A stretch of 63,903 nt of DNA, filler included, from Vicugna vicugna (lineage: Eukaryota), in assembly GCA_013265495.1 (NCBI GenBank). It is 81 parts of 79 records of this genome, joined end to end, with 100 filler letters (N's around TTAATTAATTAA, not from the genome) between each part and the next. Parts side by side here need not be neighbours in the genome. Positions count along the whole stretch, not along the records: positions 36,275 to 37,135 come from MU059153.1; positions 37,236 to 37,740 come from PNXW01007898.1; positions 37,841 to 38,357 come from PNXW01007900.1; positions 38,458 to 39,152 come from MU059154.1; positions 39,253 to 39,678 come from PNXW01007904.1; positions 39,779 to 40,568 come from PNXW01007905.1; positions 40,669 to 41,079 come from PNXW01007912.1; positions 41,180 to 41,631 come from PNXW01007913.1; 73 more parts are not named here. One strand, 5' to 3'. Shown piece after piece: positions 36,275-48,586 of the stretch. The notes under the pieces are model-generated. The model saw only the letters and a list, made by a program, of their open reading frames with translations. It searched no databases and was not told the origin of the DNA. Within the stretch, counting starts at the first letter, position 1. Every line of letters begins with the position of its first letter. The position numbers and the translations under genes were made by a program.

Positions 36275-37135
36275 CTGAGTTGTGAACATGCGCATGACTG
36301 ATGTTTTAAACACCAAACATGTTTCTTACGCACTCTGAAATATTTACAATGACTTCGTAGCTTCTTCCTATCACCAGTTTCAAGAATCACACTTTGATCC
36401 AAGAAAAACCATCTTGGAGTGAATTCTTCCCTAAAGATATGTAATTTGAATAGATTCCATCTACATGATATTCCGTGTTCCTTACATGCTACATACATGA
36501 CGGATTTGACAAACATGCATTCCTGAGTTGAGAGCATGTGGATTACGAATCTTTCATCCNNNNNNNNNNNNNNNNNNNNNNNNNNNNNNNNNNNNNNNNN
36601 NNNNNNNNNNNNNNNNNNNNNNNNNNNNNNNNNNNNNNNNNNNNNNNNNNNNNNNNNNNNNNNNNNNNNNNNNNNNNNNNNNNNNNNNNNNNNNNNNNNN
36701 NNNNNNNNNNNNNNNNNNNNNNNNNNNNNNNNNNNNNNNNNNNNNNNNNNNNNNNNNNNNNNNNNNNNNNNNNNNNNNNNNNNNNNNNNNNNNNNNNNNN
36801 NNNNNNNNNNNNNNNNNNNNNNNNNNNNNNNNNNNNNNNNNNNNNNNNNNNNNNNNNNNNNNNNNNNNNNNNNNNNNNNNNNNNNNNNNNNNNNNNNNNN
36901 NNNNNNNNNNNNNNNNNNNNNNNNNNNNNNNNNNNNNNNNNNNNNNNNNNNNNNNNNNNNNNNNNNNNNNNNNNNNNNNNNNNNNNNNNNNNNNNNNNNN
37001 NNNNNNNNNNNNATGCATCACTCTCAGACTTGAATTTCTGAGTTGTGAACAATCGCATGACTGATGTTTCAACCACCAAACAAATTACTGATGCACTCTG
37101 AAATATTTACTTTCACTTTGTAGCTTCTTCCTATC
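36275..37135 (-). repeat. Satellite family D
   Basis: Reverse D motifs on either side of a gap. Confidence 0.92.
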
Positions 37136-37840
37136 NNNNNNNNNNNNNNNNNNNNNNNNNNNNNNNNNNNNNNNNNNNNTTAATTAATTAANNNNNNNNN
37201 NNNNNNNNNNNNNNNNNNNNNNNNNNNNNNNNNNNAATGCAGAGCTGAGAACTTTTTGAAGCTTCATTTCCACAAGAGGAGGTTTCCTGCGCACTTTCAT
37301 AATTGTGAGATAAGCGTAATCAAAATGAGGTTATGCTAATCGAAATAGTACGGGTTTTTCATCACAGCAAAGGCAACACCAGCAATTGGAGATATACCAG
37401 ACAACACACACAGGAACAGGACATGGCATCAGTGTCTAGGAGAAATTGTCCTCACAGTAATCCCATGGAATTGCATAGAGCCAAGGGTCTAAACTTTTCA
37501 CTTAACAAAGCCCTTGAAGTCTACATTAGATGCCTGATATTACTTGACCAGTTGAAATGTAGAAGTACAGTAAAAGAAACAGGAAGTACATTCAGTTCCA
37601 TAGGGATTGAAGGCCCAAAAGATAAGCTTTCAAACAACTAGACTGCAAAACGCTACCAGGGCTAGTATTGAAAACGGAGATGAGGGAAACACTGGAGCAC
37701 AACCGTGTCTCAGAATCACAAAATCAGAATACCAGAAATGNNNNNNNNNNNNNNNNNNNNNNNNNNNNNNNNNNNNNNNNNNNNTTAATTAATTAANNNN
37801 NNNNNNNNNNNNNNNNNNNNNNNNNNNNNNNNNNNNNNNN

Positions 37841-38357
37841 GAATATCATGTAGATTGAGTCTAATCATATTATATATATCTAGGGCAGAATTCGCTCCAA
37901 GAGGTTTTTTCTGGGATCAAATTTTGATTCTGGATACTGGTGACAGGGAGAAGTAAAGAAGTCAAAGTTAATATTCAAATTGCCTAGGTACCCTGTTAAG
38001 GTTGAAATATCCTCATGCGCATGTTCACAACTAAGAAATGCATGTTTGAGGATTCCGTGTTTCATGAAACATGTTCGGAATACGGAATGCCATGGTTATG
38101 TAAACAATGTAAATTACATGTGTATTTGTGAGAAGTCGCTCAAAGAGTGTTTTCTGGTACCAAATGTCTGATTTTAGAATCTGGTGTTAGAAAAAACCTA
38201 TGAAGTCAGAGTAAATTTTTCTAAGTGTATATATGTCTTGTTTGGTGGATGAAAGGTCAATAATCCACGTGCTCACACCTCAGAAACGCAACCTCAGAAA
38301 CGCATGTTTGCAGATTCCGTCATGCATGAAGCATGTACGGAATCCGGAATGCCATGT
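37841..38357 (+). repeat. Satellite family D
   Basis: D subunit motifs. Confidence 0.92.
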
Positions 38358-38544
38358 NNNNNNNNNNNNNNNNNNNNNNNNNNNNNNNNNNNNNNNNNNN
38401 NTTAATTAATTAANNNNNNNNNNNNNNNNNNNNNNNNNNNNNNNNNNNNNNNNNNNNGGGGCTACCAGTGCATCCTCAACAGACAAATACTGCCTTTACG
38501 GCCATGACACACGCCAAGCGTGGCGGCTGCACAAAGTGTACAAT

Positions 38545-38745
38545 GCTAAGTACCAGTATGTTAAGTGCTTCATGTATACTATAATACTCTTTAGAACATA
38601 CAAAAATCCCTGGAAGAAATGAATATTATCATGCCCATTTCACAGATTCTCCAACAAGTTAAGAGAGGTTACATTCTAGTCCAAGGCCCTATGGTGAAGA
38701 AATGGCGATTTCAACCTGAATATGGGCCCAGGCCTGGGCTCCATC
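38545..38745 (-). mobile_element. MIR SINE
   Basis: TTAAGTGCTTCATGTATA..ATTATCATGCCCATTTCACAGAT..AGAGAGGTTA..TCCAAGG..GATTTCAACC MIR core pattern. Confidence 0.65.
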
Positions 38746-39654
38746 TCNNNNNNNNNNNNNNNNNNNNNNNNNNNNNNNNNNNNNNNNNNNNNNNNNNNNN
38801 NNNNNNNNNNNNNNNNNNNNNNNNNNNNNNNNNNNNNNNNNNNNNNNNNNNNNNNNNNNNNTTCTCAGAAATCACTTCAGAAAGAAAAGTTGGACTCACG
38901 TCCCTGCCCACAAAGAAGAGGAACTCTGCCTTGCCTTCTCCTGTAACGTGCAGAAACCCTTCCCATTCACCACTGAATCCTTTTGTATGCTTCCTCCGGG
39001 TTTATGTTTGCACACGTCTTATTAAAGTAGAAGGTACCTGCAGTAATTCCATGTCGGTTCTTTCCAAGGTTGCATATTATCCATAATCAGTGTAATATCA
39101 AAATGTCCTGTGAACGAAAATACTACAATGTGAATGAAAATACTGCAACCTTNNNNNNNNNNNNNNNNNNNNNNNNNNNNNNNNNNNNNNNNNNNNTTAA
39201 TTAATTAANNNNNNNNNNNNNNNNNNNNNNNNNNNNNNNNNNNNNNNNNNNNTGAGATTTAATTCAGATGAGCTTCCTTTTGCCTTGGGTTGAAATACAA
39301 GCCCACAAAAATCGAGTAATATGTTCACTGACTGACGTAAATGTGAATAGAGAGGTCCAGTACATGACCTCATGGACTCTCTAGAAGGGGGTTAGCCCTC
39401 TCATTCAGCATTTGTATCCAGTTTATTGAACATAACTACCCTGATACCTGAACACATGTAGTAGCAGCCAAATAGCTTACAGTATCTGAGTAAATAATGA
39501 AAGCCTAACTAATGTCAAAATATTTAAGAACTTTTTAAAAAGTAACCCCAGGACTAAAATTCTCCCTCAATGTAGTGTAATCACTCAGTTTAAGCCCCTG
39601 TCCACTTCTGGAGGATATCCTTGTGCAAGGTGAGTGTTTGATGAGTGTCGATAT

Positions 39655-39678
39655 GTGTGTGTGTGTGTGTGTGTGTGT
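39655..39678 (+). repeat. (TG)n microsatellite at scaffold end
   Basis: Perfect GT dinucleotide run ending at the gap. Confidence 0.9.
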
Positions 39679-39778
39679 NNNNNNNNNNNNNNNNNNNNNN
39701 NNNNNNNNNNNNNNNNNNNNNNTTAATTAATTAANNNNNNNNNNNNNNNNNNNNNNNNNNNNNNNNNNNNNNNNNNNN

Positions 39779-40265
39779 TGTTACATCCTCACCAGCAAGG
39801 GCTGCGTGCTCCGCTTCCTCTGTCCTCTTTAGTGCTTGTTACCCTTTTTTTTTAATTATACCCTATTGTAGTGAGTGTGAAGCGGTTTCTCCTAGTGGTT
39901 TTGACTTGATTTCCCTTACAGCTAATGCTATTGAACATCATTACATTGTGCTTTATGGACATTTGTATATTTTCCTTGAAAAATACCTTTTCAGATACTT
40001 TATTAACCTTTTAATTGAAAAATACCTTTTCAGATACTTTATTAACCTTTTAATTGAGTTGCCTTTTTATTGTTGAGTTGTAGGGTATTTTTTTTTCTTC
40101 ATTTTGAGATACAAATTCCTTACCAGATAAGTGATTTGAAAAAATTTTCTCCAGTGTGTTGTTTTTTCACTTTCTGGATGGTGCCCTTTGAAGCAAAGTT
40201 TTAAATTTTGATGAACTGCAATTTGCCTCTGTTTTCTTTGTTTCTCGTGCTTTTGGGGTATTATT
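39779..40265 (-). mobile_element. Old LINE-1 ORF2 3' region
   Basis: Antisense L1 motifs (CACCAGCAA..GTGGTTTTGACTTGATTTCCCT..TTATTGTTGAGTTGTAGG..TTTTAAATTTTGATG). Confidence 0.8.
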
Positions 40266-40289
40266 TAAACTCTGAGGTATTTTATTTAA

Positions 40290-40490
40290 GCTTTTATATA
40301 TAAAATAACTTAATTCTTAGGACCGTTACAGGAGATGGGTGCAGTTGTTGTCCCCAGTATATGGATAGGAGACTGAGATGCAGAAAATTTCACTGAAATA
40401 TCAGTGTCACATCTACCTAGTGCTGTGGGATTTCAGACCCTCATGTTTGTCCCCAGCACCTGTGATCTTCACCACCATGCTCCGCTACTG
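40290..40490 (-). mobile_element. MIR SINE
   Basis: GTCCCCAGTATATGGATAGGAGACTGAGATGCAGA..GTCACATCTACCTAG..GGGATTTCAGACCC MIR-like core. Confidence 0.55.
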
Positions 40491-40713
40491 CCTGGAATCG
40501 TTAATGAAAATGACTTCCATTTATCGATTTCTTGTTAGTTTGTTTTCTCATTGGGGACCTCATCTCCTNNNNNNNNNNNNNNNNNNNNNNNNNNNNNNNN
40601 NNNNNNNNNNNNTTAATTAATTAANNNNNNNNNNNNNNNNNNNNNNNNNNNNNNNNNNNNNNNNNNNNGTTCCCTAAAGTACACTGAAGTCAAAAGATTG
40701 TATCCGACTTCAT

Positions 40714-41079
40714 GTTTTTTATTTTACTTTATTGAGCTATAGTCAGTTTACAATGCTGTGTCAATTTCCAGTGTACAGCACAATTTTTCAGTTATACATG
40801 AACATACATATATTCATTGTTGCATTCTTTTTCACCGTGAGCTACCACAAGATCTTGTATATATTTCTCTGTGCTATGCAGTATGATCTTGGTTTATCTA
40901 CTCTACATATGCCTGTCAGTATCTACAAATTTTGAACTCCCAGTCTGTCCCTTCCCAACCCCCTCCTCCGGGCAACCACAAGTTTGTATTCTATGTCTAT
41001 GAGTCTGTTTCTGTTTTGTATTTATGTTCAACTGGTCTTTTTCTTTTCTTTTCTGTTTTTTTAGATTCCACATATGAGC
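40714..41079 (-). mobile_element. Young camelid-type LINE-1 3' end
   Basis: T-rich tail, then TTTACAATGCTGTGTCAATTTCCAGTGTACAGCACAATTTTTCAGTTATACATGAACATACATATATTCATTG..GAGCTACCACAAGATCTTG..TTAGATTCCACATATGAG, as I recall camelid L1 3' UTRs. Confidence 0.85.
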
Positions 41080-41731
41080 NNNNNNNNNNNNNNNNNNNNN
41101 NNNNNNNNNNNNNNNNNNNNNNNTTAATTAATTAANNNNNNNNNNNNNNNNNNNNNNNNNNNNNNNNNNNNNNNNNNNNTCTGGCCTCTGCTCAGAGGGC
41201 CTCTGTCCCAGGACTGACCGCAGCTTTTTCTTCCCTTGTCAACATTTGCTGTGCCTTTCGGAAGTTGGTCTCTTCTCTGCAATTCAACCCTGGCAGATGT
41301 GATGGTGGTCAGCGTGCTGGTGGGCAGTCACTTGGGGACTTCCAGGAGCCATGCTGTTTCCTCAGTCTCTCATTCGGGGTTACAGAACAGTCGAGCCCCG
41401 AAGGAAGCCCATTCACGTGAGGTCAACAGAGTATTTCATCACTTTCATTTTATTTTTAAATTTTCAGTGGAGAAATAATTTGTAGCAAACTGTTCCAGGT
41501 ATTCGGCCGCCTGCTTTCCTCACCACCTTTTCCTTGTTGCCTCTGGTGCTTGTTTTAAGAACATTTCCTTGTTGCCTATGGTGCTTGTTTTAAGAACGAG
41601 GTTTCTTCTCTGGTCATTTCTAGCAGCTGGGNNNNNNNNNNNNNNNNNNNNNNNNNNNNNNNNNNNNNNNNNNNNTTAATTAATTAANNNNNNNNNNNNN
41701 NNNNNNNNNNNNNNNNNNNNNNNNNNNNNNN

Positions 41732-42203
41732 AGTGACCGAGGCTGCCTCCCCAAGTACAGGGAATTTATTTCTCGGGCTTCCCCGAACAGGGAACACCTC
41801 TGACTGAAGAAAGCTGCGTGGAGTTGTCTCTCGAGCTCCCCCACGCACTGACAAGGGTTCCGGAATCCTGAGCGTGGGGAGGTTCCACCAACGGTCGGCA
41901 GCGCGTGGGTTNNNNNNNNNNNNNNNNNNNNNNNNNNNNNNNNNNNNNNNNNNNNNNNNNNNNNNNNNNNNNNNNNNNNNNNNNNNNNNNNNNNNNNNNN
42001 NNNNNNNNNNNNNNNNNNNNNNNNNNNNNNNNNNNNNNNNCCCGAACAGGGAAGACCTGTGACTGAAGAGAGCTGCGTGGAGTTGTCTCTCGAGCTCCCC
42101 CACGCACTGACAATGGTTCCGGAATCCTGAGCGTGGGTAGGTTCCACGAACGTTCGGCATCGCTTGAGTTCTAACGGAATGCATAAGCTCGTCTCCCCTG
42201 AGT
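41732..42203 (-). repeat. Satellite family B
   Basis: Reverse B monomer. Confidence 0.95.
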
Positions 42204-42303
42204 NNNNNNNNNNNNNNNNNNNNNNNNNNNNNNNNNNNNNNNNNNNNTTAATTAATTAANNNNNNNNNNNNNNNNNNNNNNNNNNNNNNNNNNNNNNNNN
42301 NNN

Positions 42304-42747
42304 TCATGTCATCTGGAATCAAAACAGTTTTATTTCTTTCTTTCAAATTAGAGGCTTTATTTTCTTTGTCTAGTTGCTTTGACTAGAACCTCTAGTACAA
42401 TGTTGATTGTGGGAGGAAATAATTCAGTCTTTCAACATTATGTATGATCTTTGCTCCAGGTTTTTCATAGATGTTCTCTGTCAAGTTGAGGAAGTTCTCT
42501 TCTATTNNNNNNNNNNNNNNNNNNNNNNNNNNNNNNNNNNNNNNNNNNNNNNNNNNNNNNNNNNNNNNNNNNNNNNNNNNNNNNNNNNNNNNNNNNNNNN
42601 NNNNNNNNNNNNNNNNNNNNNNNNNNNNNNNNNNNNNNNNNNNNNNNNNNNNTTTTTGCATTTATATTCATAAGAGATAGTCTTTAGTTTTCTTGTGATA
42701 CTTTTGTCTGGTTTTGGTATCAGTGTGATACTAGTCTTATTGAATGA
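42304..42747 (-). mobile_element. Old LINE-1 ORF2 fragment, paralogue of 10632-11058
   Basis: IEENFLNLTENIYEKPGAKIIHNVERL L1 RT motif; same decayed sequence as 10632 onward. Confidence 0.85.
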
Positions 42748-42847
42748 NNNNNNNNNNNNNNNNNNNNNNNNNNNNNNNNNNNNNNNNNNNNTTAATTAAT
42801 TAANNNNNNNNNNNNNNNNNNNNNNNNNNNNNNNNNNNNNNNNNNNN

Positions 42848-43418
42848 TTTCCAATGATGGTTTTCTCATTTCTATGTCATCCTGCTTCTTTTGTCATCAG
42901 GGTCAATAATTCTCAATCTTTCTTGCAGGGTAAGTTTCCTATTGCAAGATTCTTTCCGTGTTCGCGTGTCTGTGAAACTTTTGATCTCTCCGGTTATTCT
43001 AAAGTATTGTCTTGTGGCATAGGTTATGCTAGTTTGCACGTTCTTCCCTTTCAGGGATTTGTCTCTCTCTGTGAACTCCCTTCTTGGCCTGCGACATTTG
43101 TGTTGAGAAATCTGCTGAAAGCCTGATGGAGGTTCTCTTGTGATTGACTTGTTTTAAAGGAGGTTCTCTTGTGATTGACTTGTTTTAACTTTGGTGCACT
43201 TAGAATTGTTTCTTTATCATGAAATTAGGTCCTTTTCATGACAGCATATCTTATTGTCGGTCTCTATGTGTTTCTCTTGTTTGGATCCCACTGTGTTTCC
43301 TGTTTTGGGAGAGCTGATTCTTTCTTAAGCTTGGGAAATGTTATTCTGATTCCGTCAGTTCCCTTTTCCGAAACTTTTCTCTTCCTTTTCCATCTGGGGC
43401 CCCTTTGATTCATAGAAT
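42848..43418 (-). mobile_element. LINE-1 ORF1 fragment
   Basis: GTTGAGAAATCTGCTGAAAGCCTGATGG is the antisense of the L1 ORF1 IRLSADFS motif. Confidence 0.75.
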
Positions 43419-43518
43419 NNNNNNNNNNNNNNNNNNNNNNNNNNNNNNNNNNNNNNNNNNNNTTAATTAATTAANNNNNNNNNNNNNNNNNNNNNNNNNN
43501 NNNNNNNNNNNNNNNNNN

Positions 43519-44700
43519 TACTTTGACTTTGTAGCTTCTTCCTATCACCAGTTTCAATACTTAAACTTTGATCCCACAAAAAAACTTTTGGAGCAAATTC
43601 TTCCCTAGAGATATGTAAGTTGAATAGATTCCACCTACATGATATTCCGTGTTCCGTACATGCTACATACATGACGGATTCGACAAATATACATTCCTGA
43701 GTTGAGGTCATCTNNNNNNNNNNNNNNNNNNNNNNNNNNNNNNNNNNNNNNNNNNNNNNNNNNNNNNNNNNNNNNNNNNNNNNNNNNNNNNNNNNNNNNN
43801 NNNNNNNNNNNNNNNNNNNNNNNNNNNNNNNNNNNNNNNNNNNNNNNNNNNNNNNNNNNNNNNNNNNNNNNNNNNNNNNNNNNNNNNNNNNNNNNNNNNN
43901 NNNNNNNNNNNNNNNNNNNNNNNNNNNNNNNNNNNNNNNNNNNNNNNNNNNNNNNNNNNNNNNNNNNNNNNNNNNNNNNNNNNNNNNNNNNNNNNNNNNN
44001 NNNNNNNNNNNNNNNNNNNNNNNNNNNNNNNNNNNNNNNNNNNNNNNNNNNNNNNNNNNNNNNNNNNNNNNNNNNNNNNNNNNNNNNNNNNNNNNNNNNN
44101 NNNNNNNNNNNNNNNNNNNNNNNNNNNNNNNNNNNNNNNNNNNNNNNNNNNNNNNNNNNNNNNNNNNNNNNNNNNNNNNNNNNNNNNNNNNNNNNNNNNN
44201 NNNNNNNNNNNNNNNNNNNNNNNNNNNNNNNNNNNNNNNNNNNNNNNNNNNNNNNNNNNNNNNNNNNNNNNNNNNNNNNNNNNNNNNNNNNNNNNNNNNN
44301 NNNNNNNNNNNNNNNNNNNNNNNNNNNNNNNNNNNNNNNNNNNNNNNNNNNNNNNNNNNNNNNNNNNNNNNNNNNNNNNNNNNNNNNNNNNNNNNNNNNN
44401 NNNNNNNNNNNNNNNNNNNNNNNNNNNNNNNNNNNNNNNNNNNNNNNNNNNNNNNNNNNNNNNAATATTTTCATCTAGACACGTGTGCACATTTTCACAA
44501 GCTTTCCCTAACACCAGGTTCGAATTCGTGCTTTTTTCACAGAAACATAGTTTTCAGCGATTTCCATGTAACAGATATGTAATATACATGTATTCCAACA
44601 ACATGGCATTCCGGGTTCTGTACATGCTACATGTATGACGAATTTGGCAATTATATGTTTCTGACTTGTGAGCATGTGGATTACAGACCTTTCAACATCC
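43519..44700 (-). repeat. Satellite family D
   Basis: Reverse D motifs on either side of a long gap. Confidence 0.92.
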
Positions 44701-45704
44701 NNNNNNNNNNNNNNNNNNNNNNNNNNNNNNNNNNNNNNNNNNNNTTAATTAATTAANNNNNNNNNNNNNNNNNNNNNNNNNNNNNNNNNNNNNNNNNNNN
44801 GACTCGAAAGACCTTGTGTAACCTCAGGACCTTGGGATCTGGCCTGTCGGTAGCAGAATCGTGCTTATTTTGACTTGCTGCTGTTCTCTCCCCTCAACTC
44901 CTTTTTCAAAGCCCAGATCTAGTTTCATTTAAGTTGAATAAATACTTGCCAGAATTGACAATGTCACAATCAAGCAGTTTTACAACAACAATTTACTGTC
45001 AGTAAGACCGTTGTATTCCTTTTCTGTGACAGTTCTAAAATTCCCTGGCTTATTGCTTATTAGTTTCTAGCTGTCAGTGGAGGACAGGTGGAGAGCCACA
45101 GGAGTGCCATACCCCTTCCTGTAGTGGTACCAGCTCCATTAACGTTATAGGTGGATAAGAGGCCCTTACTGAGCCGGAGAAGGCAACTCTCCATAGTGTC
45201 ACTTCTTCACATGGGACGTGTTTATGAGCGTCACCACCTGAAAGAGACTCTGCTACTGTAAAACCCTAGTTAGCTCAGATGGTGCAGTTGCATCATCTTA
45301 ATGNNNNNNNNNNNNNNNNNNNNNNNNNNNNNNNNNNNNNNNNNNNNTTAATTAATTAANNNNNNNNNNNNNNNNNNNNNNNNNNNNNNNNNNNNNNNNN
45401 NNNAGTGCTCCTGAATTGCACAATTTCCGAGGGACAAAGTCTATATTTAATTAAAAGAAACTTAAAAAGGCAAAATAAAGGATGCCATGACCGATATGAA
45501 AGAAAGAGAGGAAAGTAAAATAAAAGCAAGCGCAAATCACTTCAGGGGAATGGAAGTCAAGGTCGGGTGCGGGTGGGGATTCATGGTGGGATTCTGAAGA
45601 AGAAGGTGCGGGTGGGCGCAGAGGGGGCACAGCCCCAGCCCAGNNNNNNNNNNNNNNNNNNNNNNNNNNNNNNNNNNNNNNNNNNNNNNNNNNNNNNNNN
45701 NNNN

Positions 45705-46050
45705 GGTGCAGCATCTTCAGGACCTTTGGAAGCAGCAGGAGCTGCGGGAGACTCAGGAGCAGCAGGAGCTGCGGGATGGTCACGAGCAGCAGGAGCGGCA
45801 GGATCTTCAGGAGCAGCGTTAGCTGCTGGAGCTGCAGAAGCTGCAGGAGCAGCAGGAGGGAGCTCGGGGTCTCCCGTTGGATCCTGATGGTCCTGGTGTT
45901 GGTCTCTGGCATCTTCCCCTGCCCCCGCCTGCTCTGGATCTGGGACTGTTGGAAGTGGAGAGAGCTTCCAGTCTCGTGGAGGCGCTCGCTCGTGCTGTGA
46001 GAGAGGAAAACATGAGGCTCGTGCCTCCCTTTCCGTGGGCCTCTTCAAGG
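45705..46050 (-). CDS. Unassigned open frame encoding a Pro/Ala-rich repeat (partial, candidate exon)
   Basis: Open from the scaffold edge to the gap: ..ERAPPRDWKLSPLPTVPDPEQ..PELPPAAPAASAAPAANAAPEDPAAPAARDHPAAPAAPESPAAPAAS. Built from in-frame 27-bp units at 45732, 45759, 45786, 45813 and 45840. Confidence 0.4.
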
Positions 46051-47013
46051 NNNNNNNNNNNNNNNNNNNNNNNNNNNNNNNNNNNNNNNNNNNNTTAATT
46101 AATTAANNNNNNNNNNNNNNNNNNNNNNNNNNNNNNNNNNNNNNNNNNNNAGTCATGTTTCTTTTTTTCCCCCTTGCTGAGTGTAGGCAAAAAAGCTTTA
46201 AGCCTGGGAAAGTGCTCCATCTGCAGAAATGTCTTTTACATTTGCATGGTGTAAAAATCTTGAGAGCTTTTAATCGTTGAGGCCAGTCTGTGGGGGGTAA
46301 TAGCCCGTGAAGCCTGGGTGAGAACGGGAAGAGCCACGCTTCCCTCCCGGACACGGGTGGGGATTTCACCCCCGTTAAGTGAAGGGCCCAAATCCGTGAG
46401 CGGAGTTGACAGTCGTGAATATTTACGTGTATCCACTGCTTGATCTTGGATATTAATTTCAAGCTGAGTCAGTTTGTGGTGGCAGCCTCATCCTACAACA
46501 GGAATTTATAGTATATGCTCTTTGAGGTGAAGACCTGACAGACTTGATAATTTAACAGTCTATCTTGAATTGATATCTCAAATTCCTTTGTCAAAAGCAA
46601 AACAGCAGAAATACAGACGTCCTTTAATGTCAATGTGGCCTGGAACGGGTTTAGTCTCTGTGCCTCAGTGGCCTTATCTGCTGGTGGGGAAGATGATAAC
46701 AGTGCTTCCCTCAGAGGGGCTGGTGAGGGGAGAGTGAGAAGCACAAATGGAGGACATACAAGAGATGCTCATGAATGACAAAATTTAGTGCTGTCAGCCT
46801 GGTGAGTCCTGGGGGCAGAGATGTCAGAACAGAGCAGTACTATCTGGAGCTCAATCCGTGTTGGCAGATGTTATGATCAGTATCACCACTGTGGATTATC
46901 AGGTAGTTATAAGNNNNNNNNNNNNNNNNNNNNNNNNNNNNNNNNNNNNNNNNNNNNTTAATTAATTAANNNNNNNNNNNNNNNNNNNNNNNNNNNNNNN
47001 NNNNNNNNNNNNN

Positions 47014-47760
47014 CTTTTTCTTCTATCACTTGTGCTCTTGGTATTGTATCTAGGAAACGAAAGCCTATCATAGGACCACAAATATTTATACTATCTTCTT
47101 TCAGAAAGTTTATAGGTTTAATTTTTACATTTCTGTCTGTGATTAATTTTGAATTAATTTTTCTTTGTTATATAAAATATGGGTGTTCAGATTCTAGATT
47201 GATTCTTTTGCCTGCAGATACCCAGGTGTCCCTGCACCATTTGTTGTATAGACTATTCTTTCAGTGGAGGTTTTTTGGCCCCCTTGTGGAAAACAGTCTG
47301 TAAGTGTAAATTTTTTTCCCCCTGGGTTTTTATTGTGTCTCACAGATTTATTTAACCTAACTTATGCCAGTACCATACTGACTTAGTACTATAGCATTTT
47401 AGTACCCTTTAAAGTGAGTCCTCCAACTTTACTCTTCTTTTTCAAGGTTGTTTTGGCTGTCATGGGCCCCTTGCACTTCCATATGAATTTTGGGATCAGT
47501 TTTTCAATTTTTGCAAGAAGTCAGCTGGAATTTTGATAGAGATTCCACTGAATATGTAGATCACTTTGAGGAGTCTTAACATTTTTAATAATATTGTCTA
47601 TCATTCCATGAAAATGGGATGTCTTCCATATATGTAGATCTTTTAAAATTAATATGTAGATAAAATTTATTTTGGTGATACTTCAAATGTTCAATGTACA
47701 AATCTTGTAAATTTTTGTTAAGTGTATCCCTTATTTTATTTTTAATGCTGTTGTAAATTG
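47014..47760 (-). mobile_element. Old LINE-1 ORF2 3' region
   Basis: Antisense L1 motifs (GCACCATTTGTTG..ATGCCAGTACCATACTG..TTCCATATGAATTTTGGGATCAG). Confidence 0.85.
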
Positions 47761-47904
47761 AAAGGCTGAGTTTCTTATGGGTGAGACAATATATCAATTT
47801 TCTTNNNNNNNNNNNNNNNNNNNNNNNNNNNNNNNNNNNNNNNNNNNNTTAATTAATTAANNNNNNNNNNNNNNNNNNNNNNNNNNNNNNNNNNNNNNNN
47901 NNNN

Positions 47905-48486
47905 TATTAGGTGGAAATCGCTCCAGAACTATTTTTCTCTGAAAAATGCCCGAATCCGATCCTGGTGTTAGGGAAAGCTTGTGAAAATGTGTACACGTGT
48001 CTAGATGAAAGTATTCCCTTTATAGAGGATTAAAGATTAGTAATCCACATGCTTTTAACTCAAGAATGCATGTTTATCAAAGCCGTCATGTATGTAGCAT
48101 GTACGGAAGACGGAATATTATGTAGATGGAATCTATGCAAATTACATATGTCTAGGGAAGAATTCGCACCAAGAGGGTTTTTGTGGGATCAAAAGATCAA
48201 AGTGTGATTCTTGAAACTGGTGATAGGAAGAAACTACAAAGTCAAAGTAAATATTTCAGAGGGCATAGGTAACTAGTTTGGTGGTTGAAACAACAGTCAT
48301 GCGCATGTTCACAATTCAGAAATGCATGTTTGAAGAATCCGAGATGCATGAATCATGCTCGTAATACGGAATGCCATGGTTATGTAAACAATGTAAAGTA
48401 CATGTTTATTAGTTAGAATTCGCTCAAAGAATGTTTTCTGCTGCCAAATGTTCGATTTTAAAACCTGGTGATAGGAAAAACCTATG
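47905..48486 (+). repeat. Satellite family D
   Basis: D subunit motifs. Confidence 0.93.
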
Positions 48487-48586
48487 NNNNNNNNNNNNNN
48501 NNNNNNNNNNNNNNNNNNNNNNNNNNNNNNTTAATTAATTAANNNNNNNNNNNNNNNNNNNNNNNNNNNNNNNNNNNNNNNNNNNN

